Assembly: GCF_011386835.1 (NCBI RefSeq)
Contig: NC_088802.1
Coordinates: 1,674,001-1,738,000 of the forward strand
Direction of reading: 5' to 3'
From: Chrysemys picta bellii
Lineage: Eukaryota
Length of the DNA stretch: 64,000 bases
Each line of letters starts with the position of its first letter. The stretch's first letter is position 1. The notes beneath the pieces were generated by a model. That model was not told the origin of the DNA, searched no databases, and saw nothing but the letters and a program-made list of their open reading frames with translations. Made by a program: the position numbers and the translations under genes. Below are positions 55,171-64,000 of the stretch, piece by piece.

Positions 55171-57886
55171 GGCCTGTACCCCAGTACCCCTGGGCTCTAA
55201 ACTGGGATTGGGTCTTTTCCCAGCGCTCCAGTCTGGAGGGCTGCAATTCGAGCTCTCGGTTAAGAGACCCCATCTTGACCTTGGCCCCGCTCTGAACAGG
55301 TGTCTCTGTCCCCAGCAGCTCGGCCTCGGCCCCTTGCATGTGACGACGCCCAAAACAATACAGCGGCAGCTTTCTAAGGGCCTGCCCCATGGCCGGGCAT
55401 CTCTTCTCTGAGGCCGCATAGTTCTGCTCCCAGGGCAGCCGTTTCTGGCTCAGGTACCCGGTGGGGTGTCTCCCGCCCTTAGCATCGGCTTGCATCAGCC
55501 CCGTGCCCAGCCCTGCGTCTGAGGTGTCGGTGAACACTGCAAAGGGCTTGGCAAAGTCTGGGTTTACCAGATTTACTGGGCCCTGGATTAGAGCCTCCTT
55601 CAGTGCACAGAGAGCCCTCTGGCCCTGCTCGGTCCAGACCACCTCGTCTGGCTTACCCCTCTCACATAGCTCAGGGATGGGGGCAGCTAGGGGCTAACGT
55701 GGGGTACAAACCTCTGGTAGCACCCCGCCATCCTGATAAAGGCCTGGACTTGTTTCTTGGTCTGGGGAATGGGCCAATCTCTGATCTTCTCCACCTTGCA
55801 CTTCTCGGCTTTTACCATCAGTACTGCCTCCTTGAGGCAGCCCAGCCCCCTCTTCACATGGGACACGTGTTCCTCCCCGGTCTGGCTAAAGACACACGTC
55901 ATCGACGTACGCCAGGGCCAAATTCTCCATCCCCCTCAGCTTCTCTAGAATCTCCCCAGGCCTAGGCGTGGGGTGGGCATCGGACACGGTGCATGGCTTT
56001 AAGCTTCCGATAGTCCCCACAAAACCAGATCATCCCGTCTTCCTTGGGGACCAGCCCCACGGGTGAGGCCCATGGGCTGTTGAACGGCTGGATCACATCT
56101 AAAGCCAGCATGTCCTTGACCTCTCTCCCCAGGTTCTGGGCTGCTTTCCCAGTGACTCTGAATGGGGAACACCTGATGGGGAGATTGGCTCCCACCTCAG
56201 GGAAGAGATCCACCCAGGGGTCTTCCCCCTTCTCCTCCCAATCCTCCCTTTTCAGGTCCAGGGGTCCCCTCACTCTTCTCCCATCCAGCAGCTCGAAAGG
56301 GAAGAACCCCGTGGATTCCTGGGGCACCACCAGCTGCCTCCCGATTCCCCACAGTTCTACTTCCCCTTGGGGAGCCCATTCCCGGTACAGGGATCCCTTC
56401 TCCCACCGGACTCTGTCCCTGCAGCCTTCCCCAAGGGGGTTTGCAGCGCTGTGGCCAGCAAGTCCCCTCAGCTTCTCCAAGGAGGGATCCCTCTGCAGCT
56501 CGGTCTGGAATTCAGCTGCTGGGGGAGAGAGTGGGACCTGCTCCCTCTCGCTGGCTGGGCCTGGGGTCACAGCCCCCCTGAGCCCTGTCCCTGGTCGCTC
56601 CCTCCCTGCTGTGTAATCACTTCCCAGCAGCACGTCTGGACCAGGCAAACCTGGTTGGCAGCCGACCTGCCCTGCCTGTGTCCCCCCACTCAGCTGGGGT
56701 CTCAGCTTCCACCGTGCCCAGCACTGTCCTTGTTGTCCCGGTGGGGACAGGCAGCGAGATCTCTGCTCTGGTCACAGCATCAGAGCCAGCGTGAGCCCCT
56801 CTCCGGTGTGCAGGGGGGTGGGGAGCATCTCTCCCCCCCACTCCGCCCCAGGGGTCTGGTTACAGGTAGGCAGGTACCCAGAGCCCAGCAGCCCCTCCCC
56901 CCGCCAGCCAGGTCATTTGCATTTTCACTGACCATTTCCCTCTTAGCCAATTGGTTCCCTGGATTCAAATTCAAATCCTCGGCCGTTACAGGAGCAGGGC
57001 CTGGATCCTGTCCCAAAGAGACACAGTCATCCCCCAACAGGACCTCACTGCCGATATCCTGGAGAGCCCCAATGACCAGCCAGCCCAACCCCTCCTGTGT
57101 CTGCACAGGGATCCGGGCCATAGGCAGGGCGAGGGGCTTCATCCCGGGGACCTTCCCCCAGGTCACACAGCCCCTCAGCATCTGCGGCTGCACCACCCGG
57201 AGCCCGACAACAGTTCTCTGTGTCCCAGGGTCTCGCCCCCCCAGGCAGGTCCCCCCATTGACCCCCCACCTTCCGCTCCCACTGGGGGTCCGAGGGGCCT
57301 GAGCCCAGGAGACTCCACACTGACATATAGGGCTGGGCCAGGAGTGGGAGCCTGTCCACCACCCCACCCATCTGGCTGACAGCGTCTATGGCCTTGGGAC
57401 CCAGCAAGGGAGCTAGATACCGGGGCTTCTCCGCAGGGTCCCCCTGGTTCAAATCACCAGCCTGCGTGAAGGCCGTGTGGTGGGCATCCACATCCCCCCA
57501 CCCTTACCCAGGGGCAGCAATTTAGTGTCGAGGTTCCCTGCGGAACTGGCAGCCCGGGGTCTATCCCCACTCACCCCTGGGGAGCCCCCTACGCCTCTCC
57601 GCTCCACCAGCGCCAGTCCATGCTGCCGCTGCGTCTCCTGCAGCTTTTCCTCGGGCTCTCGCTCTCTCTCACAGTCCTCTCGCTCTCTCGGACTCCGCTC
57701 CAGTCCCGTCCGTCCCCGATCCCCCCGATGGGGAACCCGAGCGTGAAGACCCCCGTCTGGTTGGGGACCAGACTCTCGGGGATGCCTGGCTACTGCTCCA
57801 GCTGCTCCCAGATCCTCTTGTAGCCCCGTCTGGGTCAGGATTCTGCTCCTTAGAGCGGTCCTCGTCCACTGGGCCTTGGTGAACTT

Positions 57887-59146
57887 TGTTGTACTTAAAG
57901 TCCTGCACAGGATCTTTTCAGGGGGAATAAGACAAAACGCCACATTTATTAGTAATACATGTATTCATTAACACTGTATTATATGCATATAATTGTGACG
58001 GAGCAGGGAGCAGGGCAGATTTGACCTGGGAATGTTGCAGGGGGATTGCAGTGAGGAGGGGGGACTTCCCTTGAAGGAAGCTACCTGAGCTGTAACCTGA
58101 GCCAGGAACGGGGGGTGGGGAGAATTAACACCTTCTGCCCGGGAGACTAGGAGAGGAGCAGCGGGAGGAGTTTTGAGTTTAGTTTCGGTTTGGGCTGGGT
58201 GGTGCAACGCAGGGAACCCCAAGCTGGGGTCTAAGCTCCCTGAACCTCCCAGAGGGACCTAATTGAGGGGGTCTGGTCGTACCTACACGCTCTGCTTGAG
58301 ACTGTGTTCCTGTCCTTAAATAAACCTTCTGCTTTACTGGCTGGTTGAGAGTCGCAGTGAATCTCGGAAGAGGGGTGCAGGGCCCTGACTTCCCCACACT
58401 CCGCAACAATAATATATTACACTTACACTCACACACACACACACAAACACACTCCGTCTTGTTGTTACCAATGAGTTGCTCCCCTTACTTCACTGGCCAG
58501 GTGAGTTAGATGGGGGAGGGGGTGGAGCCGGGCTTCTGCCGATCCGGATCGATGCTCCCATGTTGACAAGACGAGACCCGGGGTCCTCTGCAAGACACCT
58601 CACTTTTATAGCAGCTTTTCTCTTATGCAAATCTAGACCAGATTCAAACTCTGTGTCTGTGTCCATTGGTCCTTTGTGCTGCTTTCTTTTGAGTGTTGTC
58701 CCAATGCTGCAAAGGGGTGTTTCCAAAAGAAGGTGCTTGCTTCTAACCCCCGAGGCCGTCAGTATGTCTGCTTGTTTTTAATGAGCCCACTTGACACGTT
58801 TTATTGTCCTTGGCTCTGGCTCCCAGCCCCTCTCCAACAGTTGAGGCTGTCTGGAGGTGCTGCCTTCCATGCCTTGCTCATCCACACCTCATTCATTCAA
58901 CAGGGCAATTGATTAGGGGGGGGGGGGAGAGCTCTTGTTCTACTGCTAGCAAACAGAAATTTTTCTTCTATCTTATTCTATCCTTAGGGGCTATAATATT
59001 CTACCAAGGGCAATGCAAAGTTTTTAAATGAGGCTTTGATACAAAGTCCCATGAAAACAGAGATCACACGTGGGTAGACCCACCACAAGGTTATATGAAG
59101 AGGCACAATGTAAAGTCATATGAAAATTATCAGAGATTTATCTACA
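57887..59146 (-). mobile_element. ERV-type solo LTR (~840 bp net) inserted in gag of the family B element
   Basis: TG...CA, 4-bp TSD ACTT; removal restores gag GKFTKAQ; TATAAAA and AATAAA on minus. 4-bp TSD suggests class I ERV (inference). Confidence 0.85.
57994..58408 (+). mobile_element. Solo LTR (family C) nested inside the ERV-type LTR
   Basis: TG...CA, perfect TSD ATAAT. Confidence 0.92.
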
Positions 59147-59246
59147 ACTTCCCAATGCGTCACCCTCTCTTTGCACAGGATCACAATGTCCTGCTTGAGG
59201 AGATGGTGATGGGCCATCACTCCACTGTTCCCAAGTTGCTTTGGAC

Positions 59247-59371
59247 TAGAGTGACCAGATGTCCCGATTTTATAGGGACAGTCCCGATATTTGGGGCTTT
59301 TTCTTATATAGGCTCCTATTACCCCCCCCCTCCCTGTCCCGATTTTTTACACTTGCTGTCTGGTCACCCTA
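59247..59371. mobile_element. hAT-type MITE, 125 bp
   Basis: TIRs TAG(A/G)GTGACCAGA...TCTGGTCACCCTA, perfect 8-bp TSD CTTTGGAC. Confidence 0.92.
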
Positions 59372-60547
59372 CTTTGGACTCAGAGGCCCGTGTGCTCTCA
59401 GCTCCCCCACGGTTTCCAGGCAGAACCCCTAGTGTGCCAGCCCTTCTCGTGGTCACCACCTCTTTGCCAGGGTCGAGCTTCAGACTCCTCCGCCCCTGGG
59501 ACCGCTCGCTGCGATCCCCCCGGGGGACCCTGTTACTGCAAACGTCCTTCTCGCTGCTCACACACTCCTAGGGGTTAATCGCCCCCTGAAACCATCCCTC
59601 CTCTGAGCCTTCGGCACGCCTGGTCCTCGGTATCCCCCCTTCGTTTTACTGCTCCCCAGTCGCAAGAAGCGCCATTCACGGGGTGCAGTACATCCCACCG
59701 CTGCCACCAGTTGTCACGGAGTCCCCGGGCGACAATCTGGAACTGCTCCCTACAAAGCCAGTCAGGACTTTGGGGAGCCTCCTCTCCCTCGGAGCAGACT
59801 GTCTCCAGGGCAAGAAGCTCACACGGCTTCACCTCCTGGGTCTCTCCTGGGAGCATTCAGCATATGCCCCTCCGTGCGCTTCCCACAGCGAGTCCGCCAG
59901 GCGGGGTCCTGGGCAGCCAGAGGGTCCTGCACCCCCACTTCACAGTCAGACGTGACTCTCAGCCAGCCAGTAACACAGAGGTTTATTAGACGACAGGAAC
60001 ACGGTCTAAAACAGAGCTTGTAGGTCCAGCGAACAGGACCCCTCAGCCGGGTCCATTCTGGGGGCAGCGAGCCAGACACCCCCGTCTGCCCTCACTCCCC
60101 GTCCCCAGCCAGCTCCCAACTGAAACCCCCTCCAGCCCCTCCTCTGCTGAGTTCCTTTCCCGGGCCAGGAGGTCACCTGATCCCTTTATTCTCCAATACC
60201 TTTAGCCCGGCCATCCATTGCCAGGAGACAGAGTGTCGGCCACCTATGCACACTGGCCCTTTGCTCTGCACCAATCACACCCCCTGATCCCACCACCTAG
60301 AGACTTACGAACTGCAAAGGGGAAACTGAGGCACCCACACAGTATTCAGAGGAAACATTAAGAACGTCCCCACTTCGTCACAGTGCCCCTGGCTGGGAAC
60401 CCCCCCAGCGCTGTGAGCTTCCCCACGGCAGTGCCCCCCGGCTCAGTACCTCCTCAGTGCTGCGAGCTTCCCCACTGCAGTGCCCCCAGTCGGGCACTCC
60501 CTCCAGCGTTGGGAACTTCCCCACAGCAGTGCCCCCAGCCGTGCACC

Positions 60548-61071
60548 TGTGACGAAGTGGGGATGTTCTTAATATTTTCTCTGAACACTGTGTGGGTGCC
60601 TCAGTTTCCCCTTCGCAGTTTGTAAGTCTCTAGGTGGTGGATCAGGGGGTGTGACTGTTGCAGAGCCGCAGAGGGCAGGTGTGATGGCGTCTGCACAGAG
60701 AATGCCGACACCCTGTCTCCTGGCAACTCATGGCCTGGCCCCTCCCCGGCAAGGTGCCAGCTGAAGGTGTTGGAGAACAAAGATCAGGTGACCTCCTGGC
60801 CCGGGAAAGAGACAAAGGCCGGAGGAGGGGCTGGAGAGTTTCAGTTTGGAGCTGGCTGGGGAAATGGAGTGGGGCCCAGCACCGGGGTCTGGGCTCCCCA
60901 CCCCCCAAGATGGACCTGACTGAGGGGTCCTGGTCTCTGTACCTACAAGCTCTGCCCTACGCCGTGTTCCTGTCGTCTAATAAACCTTCTGTGTTACTGG
61001 CTGGCTGAGAGTCCCGGGGAATGGCAGGAAGTGGGGGGTGCAGGGCCCCGACTCCCCCACACTCTGTGACA
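60548..61071 (+). mobile_element. Solo LTR, family B body with family A/C-like 3-prime end
   Basis: TG...CA, TSD GCACC. Confidence 0.9.
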
Positions 61072-61879
61072 GCACCCTAGGGCTGTGAACTTCCCCATGG
61101 CAGTGCCCCTTGCCAGGCAGCCCAGCGCTGTGAGCTTCCCCGCAGCAGTGCCCCAGGTCGTGCACCCTAGGGCTGTGAGCTTCCCCACAGCAGTGCCCTC
61201 AATCGGCCACCACAGCGCTGTGAGCTTCCCCCTGGCAGTGCCCCCAGTCGGGCACCCCCCCAGGGCTGTGAGCTTCCACACAGCAGTGCCCACGGCCAGG
61301 TACCCCATGGCTTTGAGCTTCGAATGGCAGTGCCCCTGGCCAGGTACCCCAGGGCTGCAAGCTTCCCCACAGCAGTGCCCCCTTCTCTCATTCCCTTCTC
61401 CAGGGGTCTGACTCCCTCCCCAGCAGGCCCAGGACAGGGGTGAATGGGCGGGTCCCGGCCAGGCTGGGGGCAGGGAGCGGACGGGGGAGGGCGCTGGGGG
61501 CCGTGACCCACGTATACAAATACTGGCCTTGGACTTCAGCCCCCATGTGCTGCATGTCTGGGATGGGATTGGAGTGGGGGGCTGGGAGCCAGGACTCCTG
61601 GGTTCTCTCCCAGCTCTGGGAGGGGAGTGGGGGCTGGTGGGTTAGAGCGGGGGGGGCTGGTGCCAGGACTCCTGGGTTCTCTCCCCGCTCTGGGAGGGGA
61701 GTGGGGGCTGGTGGGTTAGAGCGGGGGGGGGGGCTGGTGGCCAGGACTCCTGGGTTCTCTTCACACCCTCCTTTCTGGGACGCGAAGCTGCCAGTTCTCA
61801 GGAAAGGCAGCAGGTGCCCCCCCCACCCAGGTCTGCGGTTTGGCCCGGGGCCGGGGGCAGCTGGCAGCCGGCGCGGGAA

Positions 61880-62200
61880 GGCGGAAGTTTGTTTAGGGAG
61901 GGGAATTAATTGGGGGGGCGGCCCCTTGTGTTTGCTGCCCCATTTCCCGAAAGTCACCTGGCTGGTTGGGCTGGGGGGGGGCGTCTCCCCTCCTGCCCCC
62001 CCGCCTCCATGTGCCCCCACCTGTCCCCTGAACCCCCACCTGAGCCCCCACCTGCCCCCTGTGCCCCCTCCTGCCCCCCACCTCCTGACACTGGCTCATG
62101 CCCTCTCCCAGCCCCCCCGTGAATTCCCTCAGACCCGCCCCCCCCCCCCCGTCATTTCCCGGACGCGGTGCCAGGCAGGGCAGGTTTCGCAAGGGGCACC
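61880..62200 (+). promoter_or_regulatory. Candidate CFB upstream motif cluster (ETS CGGAAGT, FOXA TGTTTGC 61929, STAT-like TTCCCGAAA 61944 and TTCCCGGAC 62156, NF-kB-like GAATTCCC, C/EBP TTTCGCAAG 62185)
   Basis: Motifs read directly in a unique island between repeats. Confidence 0.35.
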
Positions 62201-62229
62201 AGGAACTGGCCGAGAGAGAGAGAGAGACC

Positions 62230-63060
62230 CCCCCACCCTGCCCCCAGCTCCACCTCAACCCCTCCCCCAGCTCCCCTCGCCCCCCAGCTCCCCTCAACCC
62301 CTCCCCCAGCTCCCCTCGCCCCCCAGCTCCACCTCAACCCCTCCCCCCACCCTGCCCCCCAGCTCCACCTCAACCCCTCCCCCCAGCTCCCCTCGCCCCC
62401 CAGCTCCACCTCAACCCCTCCCCAGCTCCCCTCGCCCTCCAGCTCCCCCTCAACCCCTCCCCCCAGCTCCCCTCGCCCCCAGCTCCACCTCAACCCCTCC
62501 CCCCAGCTCCCCTCGCCCTCCAGCTCCCCCTCAACCCCTCCCCCAGCTCCCCTCGCCCCCCAGCTCCACCTCAAACCCTCCCCCAGCTCCCCTCGCCCCC
62601 CAGCTCCCCTCGCCCCCCAGCTCCCCCTCAACCCCTCCCCGCCAGCTCCCCTCGCCCCCCAGCTGCCCCTCAACCCCTGCCCCCAGCTCCCCTTGCCCCC
62701 CAGCTCCCCTCAACCCCTCCCCGCCAGCTCCCCTCGCCCCCAGCTGCCCTCAACCCCTGCCCCCACCTCCCCTCGCCCCCCAGCTCCCCCTCAACCCCTC
62801 CCCGCCAGTTCCCCTCGCCCCCCAGATCCCCCTCAACCCCTCCTCCCAGCTCCCTCGCCCCCAGATCCCCCTCAACCCCTCCTCCAGCTCCCCTTGCCCC
62901 CAGCTCCCCCTCAACCCCTCCCCGCCAGCTCCCCTCGCCCCCAGCTCCCCTCAACCCCTCCCACCACAACCCCTGTCTCTCCCCCGCCCCCCAGCTCCCC
63001 CTCAACCCCTCCCCCCACAACCCCTGTCCCTCCCCCGCCCCTCTCCCTCCTAGCACCTGC
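62230..63060. repeat. C-rich minisatellite upstream of putative CFB ATG
   Basis: CCCCAGCTCCCCTCGCCCCCCAGCTCC(A/C)CCTCAACCCCT units. Confidence 0.92.
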
Positions 63061-63138
63061 CCCCTCCCCGCCCCCAGCCCCGCCCGCGGGCCGTGGGGCT
63101 CGGCCAGACCCGGCTCGGCTCAGCCCCGGACGGACGCG

Positions 63139-63196
63139 ATGGGACCCGCAGCCCCACTGCTCGCCTGGCTCCTGGCGCTGGGGGCGGCGCACCTCG
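63139..63196 (+). CDS. CFB: Probable complement factor B exon 1 (signal peptide MGPAAPLLAWLLALGAAHL)
   Basis: Hydrophobic leader with phase-1 GTGGGT donor downstream of C2 in same orientation; identity rests on synteny. Confidence 0.55.
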
Positions 63197-63199
63197 GTG

Positions 63200-64000
63200 G
63201 GTTCCCCCGGTCCCCGACCCGGCCCCCCACAGCCCCCCAACACCCCCCTCCCGGTCCCCACAGCCCCTCAGCTCCCCCCTCCCGGTCCCCCGGCCCCCAC
63301 AGCCCCCAACTCCCCCTCCGCGTCCCCCGGCCCCCCACGGCCCCCCAACTCCCCCGCAGCTCCAGAACCCCCAACCCAGCCCCCCACAGCTGCACAACTC
63401 CCCTCGCCTGGCCCCCTAACCCAGCCCCCCAGCTCCCTGACAACCCGGCCCCCCCACAGCCCTCCACCTGGCCCCCCGGCTCCCCCACAAACCGCCCCCC
63501 ACAACCTCCAACTCCCCACCCTCGGCCCCCAACCCAGCCCCCCACAGCCCCACAACTCCCTCCATCCGGCCCCCTAACCCAGCCCCCCGGCTCCCCCTGC
63601 CCGGCCCTAACCCAGCCCCCCAGCTCCCTGACAACCCGGCCCCCCCACAGCCCCCCCCACCCGCTCCCCCGGCTCCCCCACAAACCGCCCCCCCACAACC
63701 CCCCAACTCTTCCCAACTCCCCCCCCTTGGCCCCCAACCCAGCCCCCACAGCCCCACAACTCCCTCCATCTGGCCCCCTAACCCAGCCCCCCGGCTCCCT
63801 CTGCCCAGCCCCTAACCCAGCCCCCTGGCTCCTCCAACCTGCCCCCCCACAGCCCCTCAACTCCCCCCAGCCGGCCCCACAACCTGGCCCCCAACTCAGC
63901 CCCTCAGCCAGGCTCCAGCCCCACGCACAGGGCCCCTCCACCCTGTGCCCACCAGTTAGCACCCCCCCGGCCCCCCAACCCAGCCAGCCCTCGCCCGCCC
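63200..64000. repeat. C-rich degenerate repeat in putative CFB intron 1
   Basis: CCCCCACAGCCCC/CCCCTAACCCAGCCCC units. Confidence 0.8.

Larger units (their letters stand above)
53834..60382 (-). mobile_element. Degenerate Gmr1-like Gypsy element (family B) with nested insertions
   Basis: 5-prime LTR 59712-60382, perfect tRNA-Leu PBS 59692-59709, PPT ~54553-54565, 3-prime LTR 53834-54552, TSD GTGCC; gag from 59217, protease ~57000-57300, integrase tail PFELL.GRRVRGPLD ~56260, RT WASP..LVPK.DG...C.DYRKL ~56000, RNase H VFTD.SD.GLG ~55520. Confidence 0.93.

Noticed and set aside
59692-59709. tRNA-Leu-like sequence as a tRNA gene
   Set aside because: Only the 18-nt complement of the tRNA 3-prime end, adjacent to an LTR: a primer-binding site
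61440-63962. 537-aa, 469-aa and 280-aa Pro/Gly-rich ORFs
   Set aside because: Low-complexity minisatellite translations; only the short signal-peptide exon has splice and synteny support

Overview
Vertebrate, GC-rich MHC class III region; the repeat content suggests a reptile, most likely a turtle (inference). The window is largely a big inverted repeat around a 500-N scaffold gap (31755-32254). Left arm (1 to ~20400): complement C2 exons 12-1 on minus and ZBTB12 on plus. Spacer: a CpG-island promoter with a probable EHMT2 first coding exon, then ~11 kb of G-rich ~82-bp tandem repeat. Right arm (32255 to ~49246): ZBTB12 on minus and a complete 18-exon C2 on plus that runs to 53597. After it come a nested stack of Gypsy/ERV/hAT insertions and a probable CFB first exon (63139). 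The two arms differ in biologically pointed ways. The left C2 has His in place of the scissile Arg at the activation site, and exon 6 is about 9% diverged. A two-LTR Gypsy element in the left copy is a solo LTR with the same TSD in the right copy. Whether these are true paralogues or two MHC haplotypes falsely joined across the gap cannot be settled from sequence alone. All counts and percentages are by eye and approximate.
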